DNA of 63,725 bases from Lama glama (lineage: Eukaryota), in contig CM052817.1 in assembly GCA_028534125.1 (NCBI GenBank), positions 31,126,001 to 31,189,725 on the forward strand. The letters are read 5' to 3'. The notes beneath the pieces are model-generated. The model was not told where the DNA came from. It searched no databases and saw only the letters and a program-made list of their open reading frames with translations. Shown piece by piece: positions 38,364 through 52,249 of the stretch (positions are counted from its first letter, which is position 1; each line of letters opens with the position of its first letter). Both the position numbers and the translations under genes were made by a program.

Positions 38364-39179
38364 CTATAAAAAAAAAAAAAAACAGAAAAAAAAGTCAAAA
38401 TAAGAGGTTTTTATTTTCTCCTTTTCAAATTAAGAGAAAAGAAAGAACAGATAGACAATACTCCCTTGCTATTCAACAGATGTGCTTCCGAATCCCCTCG
38501 GTTTCACTATCACCCATTTTTTTTCTTGGACCTTCTAGAGCATTCATCGTAAAATCATCTGGGAGAAATACAAACAGTGTTTGGCTGAGAAAAGCAAAAG
38601 AAAATTCACCAATGGGCTTTCGCAGCACAAGAGAGAGCAGCCCCATCAATTGTATACCATGGGTGGAAAAATACCAAATGGGAAAATTTTTCTTAATAAC
38701 CGAAAATTATTTGAAAGTGAAAGGTTATTTATTGAACACACATTAAAAAATCCAAAAACCTTCTCCTTCTATAATGCTATTCATTCTTGCGCATGAAAAG
38801 TTATAATTAAGAATAGTCCATTGACATGTGCTTGAACACAGGCCTAGAGATCTCCATGCCTTGTATTTGAAGTGTATTTATTTACTTGCCTTAATAAAAA
38901 TGCCAGTTAAAAATATCAGAGTCTACTTTGGCCTAAGGAATGTGAAATAACAGTAGTTAATAATATTTTCATCCTCTTCCTTAACATGGTTGCATCTGGG
39001 TATTCTTTGTTTTAAGTACTATATGCTCTTTTTCTTCTCAAGATTGAACAAATATTCAATTGTTTCAAAATTACAGTAGACAAAAAATGTAAGAGAAGAA
39101 GCTAGAGAGATTTTACTAAGGGAAACCATTAATGAAAGGACAAATCAATTCAACAAAACGGGTGCTAAAACACACTTCA

Positions 39180-39670
39180 ACATTTGGTAACAGGCATCAA
39201 ATGCCTTTTAACTGTGCATAACCTTTGACCCAGCAATCTCATTTCTTGGACTTCATGAAAGGAAATCATTATGAACAGGGCAAGGTTTTATATTTAAGGA
39301 TATTCATACCATCATGGTTTGTAACAAGGAAACCACGCAATAGCAACTATGTAATAACAGAAGGCTGGTTAAATAAATTTTAAGTAACTCCATAATAAGG
39401 AATATTGTTACAGCCATTGAAAACTGTATTGTTAAAAATAACATCCTGGGACAAAGTTCAAGATAATTTAAGTGTAAAAACACCATCTGCTTCCAAAAAG
39501 GTATAATACAATTTGGCCTAGGAAGTATATGTAAGGTAACTATGATTATCTCTGGTAATCATATGGTATTAGGATTGAAAGTAATTTTTATTTTCTTCAT
39601 TGTATTTTCCTCTGTATTTTACACATGTTCTTATAATGATGTCTTTTTAATCAGGAAAAAAGAAAACTAA
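39180..39670 (+). mobile_element. Ancient L1ME-like 3' fragment
   Basis: gtgcataacctttgacccagcaatctcatttcttgga and other degraded L1 3' motifs. Confidence 0.6.
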
Positions 39671-42359
39671 CTTTTTTCATGAGTTCCCAATTCAGAATAA
39701 TGGTAAATAAATACAACCCTTCAAAACTTCTCTCCATCTCAGTGGAGCACAGTATATTGCCGCAATATTTGCCACTGCAAAGAAAAGATGCAGTTAATGG
39801 ATTATTTCCCAAGGCTATCAAGGAAGTCGGAGTTTTGATTTGCTGAACAGTAAGTACTAGTCCATTTGGTACGTTCCTTGTGATGCTACTTCATGTGTAA
39901 TCTTCACAGTGTCAACAATGAAAGTCTGGTTTTCCATCATATCCCATGATTTCCATATCAATACAAATGGCATCTATGGACTTCAACTGCCAAAATATGA
40001 AACACGTTTATGTTTTGTATAGTCTTAGAGGAGTCAGCCCAGGACTGCACTCCTACAGCTACAGATTGCCTCCTAACGGGTATATACAGGAAACCAGGTA
40101 GAAAACGAAAAACTAAAACATTTAAGATTTTACTGGCCAGTCTATACAATATCCTCTCTCTAGGGTTAAGAGAAAATTTTCAAGGAGTAAGTTGTTCTCC
40201 TAGTGTGAGACTGTTTCTGTATTATACTAGAGAGTGCAGAAATTCCATCTGTCTGCATTTTAGCAGCTGCAATGCCTCCGAAGAATTATTGCATTCCCTA
40301 CACTATGGCTCTGATGACTCCTTGGGAAATGTAGCTGAAAGCTCAACATTAAAGAGCTCCATCCATCTAGGTTTCATCTTTAAGGCCCTATATATCTTAC
40401 TTCAATAAAGCCATTCTTGTGCATAGTTCTATCAAGTCTGGATCAAATTTAAAATATGGCATTGCTTGCATTGTTTTGATTGTCAATACCCCATGTCTTG
40501 GCTGATTCAGCAGAAACTGACTTCTTTTGTGTGGTTCCTCACAGTTGGAGATGTGGCTGCCCAGGGTTTTAGGACATTAAAAATAGTTTCTTTATTCTTA
40601 TTCTTTCTTTGGAAGTTCTTTGGAAGTTCATAGGTTCATTAATCAATATTATTCTTATAAAATTAGAGTAGCTGTGCATATTCCTTCTGTTGGATTTCTT
40701 CCTGAGATGTATTCAGAATTCCCACTTTAATCTGTGTAAAATTGTTCAACTAGCAAAGTATTTCAGATAGGTCTCATTTAGAAGAGCCCCATAAAGTACA
40801 CAGGTAGGAATATGACTACAATTTCTTCAAGGTAAGTGGTAGTTTACAAGTAGAGGAACTAGAGTGTCATGTGATTAAGACAACAATTGCTCCAAGCCAT
40901 ATAGCTAGGAAACAGTGACATCCATGGAGCTCCAAGCCCAGTCCTCCACACCATCCCCCCTCCCCATTTCTGGGGCACAGGCAGCGTGGATATGTGCTCA
41001 ATTCAAGCATACCAGATTCAGGTAAAAGTTCAAATTCGTCCTTATTTTTCTCTCTAAACCAAAGATAAATGTCTGTCCCTCAGGTGAATTGGACCAATGG
41101 TGAGACATTCTACGTCAGCTCTTGGTTTTTTGGAGAACATACTGAGAGAGCTCTTAGCAAGTTTCTGGAGATATTTTTCAACCATAAATTTCACTGTCTT
41201 ATAATAATCATCTTCCAATAACCTTTAGATTGTGCCCTTAAGATGACAAAGGGAGATTCCCTGAAGTGAAGTCATGCTAGACAATCTTGATGCCATTTCC
41301 ACTAACATCATCTATAATTCTAAGAGGTGTGTATTGGACTTTAATTCAATGGCATATTGATCAGTGAAAAGATTCATTCATTCACTGAATAAGTATTTAC
41401 TATCTACTATGTGGTAGGCATGCCTCTAGCCATAATTACAGATACAGCAGTAAAGAAAACAAAATTAATTCCCCACCTTCATGCAGCATGTATTCTACTG
41501 ATCATTATCTGATAGATAGTTCTACTAATTAAAGATGCTTCTCCACCAAAGTTACTTCCGTTTATTCATGTGACAATTAATGGATATTCACGTGGCAATT
41601 AATATCAATGCAAAGACAGCAGCATATAAAGGTCTAGCGCCTAAGGCACTCGCTTACATGCCCAAATGATGAAGACAACTATGAACCACTCAGACTTCAA
41701 AATTCCCTGGATTCTGAAGAGCGTATATCCCTGAGGATGATCGGCTCTTGTCAGTCTTTTTGTCTCTGATAACAGAGTGTTGAAAACACATCCTAGCCTG
41801 AACTGGCCCTTAGGTTTCCTGCCACTGCTTCCAGCCCTCTTACTTCTCTCTGCCTGTGTATTATGGGCAGCACTTACACTGGCAAACGCTCTTATTACTC
41901 TGCTTGTTAACTTTTAGAGGCTTTTTCAGAAGTTACTCGCCAGTCTCTGACTGTATAGAGTCCTCACTCCCCATGCCTTTGAGCCCTCGTTTACAATCTA
42001 AAGCTCAAGTTCAACTCTACCTGTGAAGAGAAGCTCCCCCTGGCTACAGCGTCAGCCCCTGTGCCTACACTGAGAGCTTGTCGGCCCTTCTTTCCATGTG
42101 CTGCTCGAAATGAAGTTACTGTGAACTACTGTCGCTCTTCCCTTTGACAAAGCTATTTGACCATGTGAAAAAGAACACGTGTATCTTTTAGCAGCTGTTA
42201 CAAGAACGCTTCTTGGAGAGGGTATTGCTCAGTATAGAGAAGACCCTTGGGAAAACAGAAATATCTGAAGGGACGTTTCAGGTTGTTTTCTGAGGAATGG
42301 GAGGTGTAACCACTTCCTCCATCTGCCATATGGAATCAGCAAAGGTTATGTTACTCACT

Positions 42360-43830
42360 AATTTTTTCACTCACTTCTTTAACCAATTTGGCACTCTTCC
42401 AGGAGTTTGAATGCAGAATAGATCCCCTGCTTTGGGGAAATTATATTCTAGGAAGACAAATAATATCAATGAACAAAACAAATATGAAAATCATTATATA
42501 TTAGGTCAGAAGGTAATAAGTGCTATTAAAAAAACAGGTACAATAGACTAAGAGAGATAGGAGATGTGGGGGTGGGGTAGGACATATTCCCAAAACTAAT
42601 TAGGGTGCCCGGCCAGGCCTCACTGAAAGCTGACATTCAAGCAACAACTTCAAAGGCTGAGGGAGCTAACCAAGTCTCAGGGGAAGATTTCAGTGCAGAG
42701 TCAGTGTCAATACAAAGACCTCAAGGCAGGAACATGGCTGACAGGTGTCACAAACACCAAGGAGCCCTGTGAGGCTAGTGTAGAGCGAGCAAAGGGATGG
42801 GGAAGCAAGCGGTGAGGCAGAGAGGAAGGGGAGGCCCAACTGTATAGGGCTTTGTAACTTAGACCAAAACAAAGTCATGACAAGGTTTGAGTAAAGAGTA
42901 GCATGATTGATCTGACTTATATCTTCAAGGATTTCTGCCTGTTGTGTTGAAAATACTCCAGAGAGACAAAGAAAACAGCAGGGTTAACAGTTAGGAGGCT
43001 GTCGGAGCAATCCAGAGAGAGCTGCTGGAGGCCTGGAGAGCAGAGTCGTGGAGGTGCTGAGACATGATTGGATGTATTTCGAAAGTAGAGTCAGAAGGGC
43101 CTCGTGGCCCATTAGATGACAGTGAGAAAAGACAAGAGCCAGTGATGACTTCCAGCCAGAAGCCTAGACCTGCCATCGCTGAGATGGGGAAGGCTACTGG
43201 AAGTGCAGGACTAAGTAGGGAAAATCAGGAGTTATGACTGGGACATGCTGAGTCTGACACAGACGGTAGACACCCAAGTGGAAATGCTGAGTAGACAATC
43301 GAGGACGTAAGTTCAAAGTCCAGGAAAGAGGACAGGACTACAAATATAAATGTATGAGTCATCGAACTTCCATTGAAAGCTGGCGTGCCTGGATGCAGTC
43401 CCGAGGGGAATGATTAGAGAAGAGAGTGGAGAGTGAGGCTTGGGGAGATGGTGAAGAGAAGATGGGGGAGGGCTGAACTCTGAAACTCCACATGCAACCA
43501 CTGCAGGGAAGAGGGGGACGCCAGCAAAGCAACTGAGGAGTGGCCAGGGTGGTAGGAGGAAACCCAGCAGGTGAGGAAAGGAAAGTGTATCAAAGAAGAG
43601 GAAGTGATCAGCTGCACCAGAAGCTGCTGATGGGTCAGGAAAGATGACACGGAGAAATGGGACGCTGATAAGAGCAGTTTCAATAGAGCAGCGGGGACAA
43701 AAGTCTGATGGAGTGTAATTAAGAGAGAACAAGAGGAGAGGAAGTAGCTTAGAACAAAAGGACAACCTCTTTGCTGCAGAAGAGAACAAGTAAATGGGGT
43801 AGTAGGTTACAAGGCCAGTGGGGTAACAAA
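42360..43830 (-). mobile_element. L2 LINE fragment, about 1.5 kb
   Basis: Purine-rich antisense L2 motifs such as gagatggggaaggctactggaagtgcagg and gtagacacccaagtggaaatgctgagtagaca. Accounts for the spurious ORF at 43313-43876. Confidence 0.85.
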
Positions 43831-46389
43831 AAATGTGCTTTTTAGCGCTTTGGTGCTTTCTCTGGGGGGAGCACACAGTGTTATTAAGTTCTGTCTACAG
43901 GTTGTCTTAGGGCCAAAAAACGATGTCCACTCTTGAAGATACAGGAGCTCGGGGATGGAGGATCACTAACACCAGGAATAGATTTATACATAATCTAAAA
44001 ATGAAGCCAGTCATATCTGCCTGTCCCTCTAATTCCATCACTAAAATGTGCCTTCCTCAGAAGATCTATCTTCTAAGGTGAGAAATCCTTCTCAATCTCC
44101 TCTTCCTCTCCATCATCATCTACTAGACATCTATTAAACATGGGCACTCACTCTAGTCACTTGTAAAAGCACTGGTGCTCAAGGCCATCAGAGCTACCTA
44201 AGAAGCGGCGGGGGGGGGCGGTCATCAAAGACCTAAAACGTGAGAAATAGGTGAAAGAAGTGAGACCTGCAGCCACAAAGAGGTCATAACAGCCCCGCAT
44301 GGAGGTGCAGTGGGTGTGGGTCTAACTCCGTAACACTGCAGGGTAAGAAATGCCACATCACGTTATTTTTCTAAATCACATTAATTCACGCTTCTCTGCT
44401 CAAAAAGGTGAAAAGTCTCAGCCATTTTGGGGGATGGGAGAGCTCTCCCTCCTTCGAATGATACCAGGGTCCAAGGGAAGAACTGAGGGAGGGGCTTAGC
44501 TTTCAGTTCTTCAGAGAATGGCTGAGGGACTCGTGGTTCTAAGCCCTAAGGGTTTACAGTAGACAGAACGTTCCATTATGCCTGTGCCACGCCAGGGTCA
44601 TGCCAGGGCCCTGGTCCCCAGCATCAACTTTCCTGGCTGCCCCATGCGGCCATTCCTCTCTGAGGCCCTGCCTTTTCCCCCAAGCAAATAAGTGCTCACC
44701 AGTCCTTGCTACAGGAGGGACATGCCAACACCTAGTCAGCCCCCTTCTGAGCCTTGGGGGACGTCTCCTACACCCTCTGTTTCCACCTCTACCCCTCCAA
44801 ACACTTCCCCCACGCTGCCCCACTCTGGGTGATCACACAGTCTCTGCTCAGTCCTTCTCTCCTCAAGGCTGGTCTCCCTTTCCTGAGAACACAGACGATA
44901 ATGCACATCCTTTATGTTTTCTTAGTAAATTGCTCCAGTACACAGATTTTTCCTTCTTTGCCAAGAGAGCAAAGGACTCTATTAGCACCTCTCAACTTAT
45001 ACATCTTTGTTCCAAGGTAGTACATGGTAGGCAGTCAGTAATATCTGTTGAATAAATGCACTTAAAGAGCTCTTGACCTAGACATTCTAAAAACACAAGT
45101 GTCACCGTGACTTCTTCTTTTACTACCTGTGGTGACCATCTTGCTGCAAAGACAAGGTAAAACCAGTCCCCTCAATACAGTGCAACTCTTTAGTTCCAAG
45201 ACCCTCTGTGCCTATTACAGAACATGTTTTAATGAGTGAGAAACCATCTCTGTCAAACTGATGTTCAAAACAAGTCCAAAACAACTCCCCGCCAATTAAA
45301 TGTCCTCAAGACTAAATTAGTCCTGGACTCATTTCTTTTTTCCTTCTGAAATAAAGCTATGCTTTCATTCAGTGGAAACCTTGCCAACCAGTCCAGCTTA
45401 AATTTCTGAAAATTAGAGCTAAGTAGACTTATTGCCTATCCAACAGCATGATGGAAGATCTATCAGGCTATAGAAAAATCAGTCATTGTGAAATTATCTA
45501 AAAATCATTAGCAGGAAACAAGAATAGAGGTGCACCTGGTGGTACTCAGAAAGGAGAGAGAGTGGAAATAGAGTTCAGAAAGCAGTTTCATGTCATCGTT
45601 CAACATCACAAGTGAAGTCACAAATAAAATAGAGTTAGACAAAACCCCGCTCAGTAGATTTTAAATCTAATCAGACAGGGGAGAGAGTAAAGAAAGTGCA
45701 GGGTGAGAAGCAGGAAGTCAAGCTTTATGATCAGAGACGGCCAGAAACAGACTGCCAAGCAGAAGTCTAAGGGAGGGCTCTGTATTCATTCAACAGGACG
45801 GCGGCGGGTAGCAGGGATTAAAGAGAGAAAATGAGAAAGAACAACTTCCAAACAGGGATTGTCTGATTAAAAGAATATACTAGTTTACTCCCTCAAGTTT
45901 TAGGGTCTAAAAGTCTTAAATAGGATTCTGAAGCAGTTTTGTCAAAAATCATTGGAAAATAAGATGTATGCCAGGACTCTGTCATTTATCATTTCCTGCA
46001 AACAAGTGCAATAACATAACTTTATGTTTCTAAAGAACATGGGCAATTTAGAAACTGCATGTTTATAGTTGACCCTCTTGACAGGGGTTATTATCAGCTA
46101 GCAGAGATTTCCAAATTCCAAGATAATTACTCAAACATTTAGGTTTCTGAGGGGAGTGCTACTTTTTGAATTTGCTTTAGGAAATAAAAACTTTACTTTC
46201 TAAACAAGTAATTCTTATTTACTGGTAGTTTAAAATATTTTTGAGATTTCCTCTAAACATAAGGTTGTCTCAAATGACATTTTGTGGTTATTCACTATGA
46301 ATCATGAAATCATAATGACGGTACATTAGACACACTACCTTTGACAAATTTCAAACGAATGTTGGATGTTTTCTATGAAACAGTTAATG

Positions 46390-46427
46390 TATACATATAA
46401 ACCTAAGATATACATATAAACCTAAGA
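46390..46427. repeat. Perfect 19-bp tandem duplication
   Basis: tatacatataaacctaaga twice. Confidence 0.9.
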
Positions 46428-49400
46428 AATAAAGTAGATATATATGATTTGGAAAGAAAAAATAAGTCTCTTGCATGCATAGGGCAGTATCTAAGAAGTT
46501 ATAAATATTAACATTTTTTCAGATCTTTATTAAATGTGTAACTCAGCCACAACATCTATGGAAAGACTTAGAAGTAAGATGAACAAAGAAAAATAATCAG
46601 TTTGAAGAGCCATCCCATGATATTTTTCTTGTTTGTTGGGCATACAAATTGGACAGATATCACTTTACAAGTTCATAGTTTGTGAATTTCATCTTTTACT
46701 TTTCATCCCAGTTTCTTTTATTTTCATCCATTTTATGTATTGACAATCTAGGAGCTAGAATAAGTTGTCTGTGACTTTGCAATATTGTGTAACCTGAGAC
46801 GCAGAAGTAGAATAAACATATAAATCTAGTATTCACTATGAAAAGATCTTTGAAAAAATATCTTTCAAGAACAGATTACAATTCTACCCTAATGTCTAAA
46901 AATACACTTCCAATCCCTTGAAGGCTGCACTGTATCATTTTCCCACCTACTCCCTATTGTTAATTACTGTAATAGAGTATGCCAAAACATTATCTTTCTT
47001 AAAAATTCATTGATCTTTAGGATACTGCAGGATCTCACCTTCCAGATCAGATCGCCAGTAGCCGGATGCCAAGATTCTGAAGCCCTAGGTTAGAGCTCTG
47101 CCAGAGACATTCTGATTCTCCATCCTCTGATCACAACAAACCTCATTCGCTTGTCCCCACACAGGAGACCACGGGGACAGCACAAATTCCACTGGCTGGG
47201 TCAAGGCAGAGTTGGGAAAACCTAGATACTCCTGGTGACCTGATCCTTCAAGCTTAAACCACCCCCAAAATAATCAGGTAACTTCAATTCTAAGCGCTGT
47301 TATGAAACGAACAGAGGTTAATGGTGGGAAAATCAGTTCATGAACACTCATTCTAATATCCATACTGATATTGACTGGATCTCCAGACAAGAGAAATAAT
47401 TATTCACAATAATGACCCTGCGACACCAAAATCAAAGTCGGTTTGTGGAAAAAGTAGAGATTTGGATTTAAATGATCTGTGCTGCTCTGAGGAAGTTATG
47501 TAACCTTGCAGGGCTTCAGTTTCCTTATCTGAATTCCACCTGCTTTATAATTGTCTTTGCGTGTGTATTAATCAGTAATGGAGGTGAAGCACCTGGCGCT
47601 GAATTGAGCCAAGCCCACCGTGTTCTGCTGGCAAAGACTGGGAAGTGTGTGATTCACTTCTGAAAAATAGCCATCACAGAGTGTTGAAAAATGCCTTGTG
47701 CTCAAAGGGTTAACCTGCAAATAACTAGAGCATCCTACACTCTAACCTTGTAGCACCAGAGGCTGAGGGTGACTAGATTCTTTGTAACAACCAAGATAAC
47801 TGGAAAAGAACATTGTCTGAAGTGACCAACACAGGGATAGAATTCCTAACTTTTCTTTGGCTCCTAGACAAAAAAGGAAGTCAGTTCCTCCAGGAAAGCT
47901 GACTTTAACTGTTAAATCGTTTGTGTCCTGTTAAATGATTTACAGGCTGGTGGAACCCAGAAGACCCTGAATTCTCTCTCCCATGCTCCCTCCACTTTTC
48001 TACCCTGCATGCCCGTCACAGCACAGCTACATAAAATCTCTCCTGGTATCCCTGGTTACCAATATTAGATATAACAAAGGCACAAAGGCGAAACCTGATG
48101 TGGAAAAACAAACCCTCCCTAAAACTAAATAGAAGCACGATTTAATTAACTTGCATTCCAGAGTCATGGCTGCCAACTTATTCAAACTAGAAGACTGGGG
48201 ACACAGCACCCAAAGGCTCAGAGGGAGGGGAAAAGACGTATAATTTTTTCCAGAATCTTCACAGGATTCACAGGTTCCTTTGTACTGATAAACAGGAATA
48301 ATGTCCCCTGGATACAAGATACAATGATCCAGCGGGGGTGGGGTGCAGAATGAGCCCGAAGAGGAAGAGGAGAGAGGTGAAGAGAGGGGGACGCTTCAGG
48401 AAAGATACACGGGAACTAGAAACGAATGGCAAATAATCTGGCATCAAGGGCAGCCCTGAGTCGGTAGGGAAAGGTCTACTTGATCCCTGAAAGGAGGGAA
48501 GGCATTGCTGCAGACAATGGAAAGTCAAACCTAAGTGCCTATCACTCAATACTACAATTTGAGCAATGACATATTCTCATCTGAAAATACTCTACCGATC
48601 AACCGTCTGTGCTTCAGTTAATCCTGGGAGTCTTTACAGCACGAGGGCTGGCCAATGGTGAATGAGTGGGCTGGAGGACTGAGCTAGCCTGGGGAAAAGG
48701 TCCATTTTTCTCCCACTTGCCAGAAGGATCGGGCACATGCAATTTCCAAGCAGGAGCACAAGATGGCAGCCACATGCAGCCCATAGACCCCGTGCGGTGC
48801 CACAGGAAAGAACTCAGCTTGAGCCCCTCGCCACCAGAGAGCTTGTGGAGATGCACAGGGAATTCCAGCAGGGACATTTCTCTTTTCTAAAGGGCATCCT
48901 TTGCTTGTGTCTGTACTGGGTAATTTTGAAATCACGAAATCGCACTTCTGCCAAGTATTAACTACAGAGAAATAAAAAGACCTTCCCAATTGATGCCTAC
49001 TCGTATCTTTTGCACATTTTCCTACTGATTTTCTGCCTTCCTAATTTATTGTAGCTCCTTTGGTTACAATTATTTTTCTCCCTAGGCCATCATTTATTTG
49101 TTTAAATTTAAATTCATAGTCTCTCTAGCTACATAAAAGCTTTACATACATGTGAGGTCAACAGTACCAGTCTTTAGGGTTCATGTCTTTATAAACCACA
49201 TCTGTGTGTGTCATAGAACAGAAACTCCAGGAGGGCAGGGTTTTTTGTCTGTTTTGTTCCCTGCTGCAGATGTAGGACTAGAAGACTGACGGACATACAG
49301 TGTGGGCTAAACAAATTCTGCACCCGACCCAAAGCCTTTCTAGAGCAGATGGAAAAAACTGTGGCCAAAATTAAGACATATATTCCAGCCAAGATAGGCC

Positions 49401-49678
49401 AAAAATAGGCCACAGAGATGGGGAATCAGGTCAGGTTTCCTAACAGTCAAAAACTGATATTGACATGGCCGTAAGGGGCGGGCTGCACAGACGGACTGAC
49501 TGACTGACTTTTGTTAAAATAAGAAAACTTCTCAGAGGGCTGAAATGGTCAAAATAGGAAATACACAGCCTAATCTGTATTTAATAGACTAGGATAAAAG
49601 ACCCCTTGAGATGCTTTCCATATTTAAGTTTCGGTGAAACTTCCAAAGCGAAGAAATTTGCCGGTACCTTTATTAACG

Positions 49679-49697
49679 CGACCACCAGAGGGAGACC
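49679..49697 (+). promoter_or_regulatory. Candidate CTCF-like site in a locally CpG-rich patch
   Basis: cgaccaccagagggagacc, which is the core CCACCAGAGGG followed by AG rather than CG. Confidence 0.45.
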
Positions 49698-51077
49698 ACG
49701 TCATGAAGCAAAGCCCGGAGCCCACCCGCTAGCTGTGGAAAGCACCCCGGTGTGATAGTGTTTGAAAACAACTGCATTTATGTGTTTTCACCAATTATGT
49801 TAAAATAAAATCACATGAAAAAATCATTTTGCATTTCAAATACAGACACAAAAATATGAATTCTCATAAACTGATGCCTTATGGAACACTCAAAGTACTT
49901 GGGGCAATCACTTCAGAATTGACATTTTTCCATTTTCATAACAACCAATGATTTCAGAAACCTGGTTTTTACTCAGCCAGTTTTATTTCAAGTGGCTTTA
50001 CCTACACCTTTAGAATGGTAATTTGTACCTAATGTGATTTTTGTGGAACGGAAATGTATTTTTCAGCAGGTGATCTCAGTACCAGATAATCTCATTACAA
50101 ATGCCTGTTAGAAGGTCTCACATTGAAATGAAGCTCTTCACAGCTGTAGAAAAGTTCTTCTGAAATGACAGTATCATAAGCTCCAAACTTCTCTGCTCTA
50201 AGAACCCTGAAGAAAACTGCCCATTTTTCTCCGCAACTATCTTTCTTAGAAAATTTTGTGACAACCCATTCCAGGGCCGTTTACAAGTAGACAGAAAAGG
50301 AGGCCAACTCCTTTGTAAAATTTGGCTTGATTTGAAAGGCTCCTGGGAGATCCCCCTGCCTAAAATACTTCCCAGCTGATATTCCTCAGTCTGGATTTTA
50401 CTCGTTTAACTTAAGCCAAAAGCCCTCATTAAAAGGCAGTTCCTGGAGACTCCTCATTTTCTCAACCAGTCAAGAATTCTGGGGGCCGCCTGTGGAAGGC
50501 AGGGTATTGGTCAGGGCAGAAATCATAAGGCTTTACAGAGACTGACACAAGTCATTATCAGTGATTAATACCTCCAAAGACAGCACTTTATATATGTATA
50601 TATCTTTTTTTATCTTTTAAAAATATATGTTGAAAATTGGTGTAAAAAAATTAGGAAAGGGTGGAATCTGAAGAGTGGGGCCCCAGCAAGGACACACCTG
50701 GGTAAAGACCTCGGAGGACCAAGAGTCAACATGGGAGCAGCAGGGGCCACAGAAGTGGGTGCACTGAACTACATGGGAATCGGAGAGGGGGAAGTCCTCT
50801 CTTGCTAGAAATTCCACCCAGGGTCAGACATCCGTGACTTTGGTCAAGCTAGTACTTATCCACCGCTTTCTACTTATCGGACCATGTCTTAAAGGCTTGA
50901 CCTTCGTTTTTCCTAAGAACACAGCTATACGGTGATAACCTCATTTATCAGAGGATGAAACCAAGGCTTGGAAATGTTGAGAACTTCCCCCCTTCCACAG
51001 CTAATAAGTAGCAGAGCTACTTAGGAAAACCCAAGCAGTTTGATTCCAGAACTCATGCGTTAAGTATAAACATTCCA

Positions 51078-51592
51078 TTCATTTCCTAATGCTGTTGTAA
51101 AAAATGATCACCAACTGGGTGGCTTAAAACAGAAATTTATTCTCTCACAAGTTTGTAGGTGAGAAGTCTGACGTGGTTTCCCCGGGCTAAAATCAATATG
51201 CTGGCAAGTGTGTGTTCCCTTCGGGAGGCTCTGAGGGAGAATCTGTTTCTTTGCCTCTTCCAGCTTCTAGGGGCAGGCCCCCCTTCCTTGGCTTGTGGCC
51301 TCCTTCCTCCATGACAAAAGCCAACAAACAACATAGCATCTCTCTAATCCTGCATCTGAGTCACATCTCTCTCTGACTCTCCTATCTCCCTCTTCCATTG
51401 TTAAAGACGCTTGTGATTATATTGGGGCCACCCAGAAAATCCAGGAGAATCTCTCTATTTTAAGGTCAGATGAGTAGCACCCTTACTTCCACCTTCAGCT
51501 TTAATTCCCTACTGCCATTCAACCCAATACATTCACAAGTTCCAGGGATTAGGATGTGGACATCTTTGGGGGCCATTATTCTGCCTGCCACA
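51078..51592 (-). mobile_element. MLT1C/D-like MaLR LTR
   Basis: actgggtggcttaaaacagaaatttattctctcaca...ttccagggattaggatgtggacatctttgggggccattattctgcctgccaca. Confidence 0.9.
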
Positions 51593-52249
51593 GATGCCTT
51601 GATACCTTACTAATTTTTTGTTTGTCTCTTACATACAACCAGCCACCTGCAAATGACTGGCTCAAAGAGGTGTGCCCTTCCTCCCATCTGCTGACTGCCC
51701 TCCTCTTCCCTCTTCCTGTTCCCTGGGTCAGAGATGCTGTGATCTGGGATCTCCCTCTAGTCACAGCTCTTGGTTCCAGGAAGATTTAGTCAATTCTACG
51801 GCAGGAGGAGCCCCAGGTGGCAGGTGTAAGATCCTGGCTGTGTAAGATCACTAGGGGAAAACTGCTGTTTCATTCTACTCCTGTAACAAGAGTGTTCAAA
51901 AGACTCAGGAATGGTACTGTAAAATGTAAATGAATCTGATATCAGGTCTCTTGCAACCTAGAGCCATCAGCGCTTCTGTAGCCATCAGATACATGTGCTT
52001 CAGGCTTTCCCAGGTGCAACAGCCGAGCAAAGGAACAGAAGAGGACAGACGCCTGAGAAGCTCGGCCTTGACTTCCTGGTCTTTCTCCTTTATCATTAGT
52101 AACCAAAAGCCTTTTTAAAATCCTCCAAAGAGCTGCACGTGTGAGGGCCAGAAAGCAGCTATGGGACTTCATGCTCTTCCGTGGCAGGCATAGAAAAAGC
52201 AGCCAAGAGGTGGCTGCACCACTCTGAGCCAATAGACTGGTGCCCCAGC

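Noticed and set aside
42214..42245. Possible tRNA-derived SINE head (gagggtattgctcagtatagag)
   Set aside because: Similarity ends after about 20 bp, with no B box, tail or TSD.
43313..43876. 187-aa ORF
   Set aside because: Lies in a decayed L2 fragment and gives a low-complexity Leu/Ser/Pro/Phe translation.
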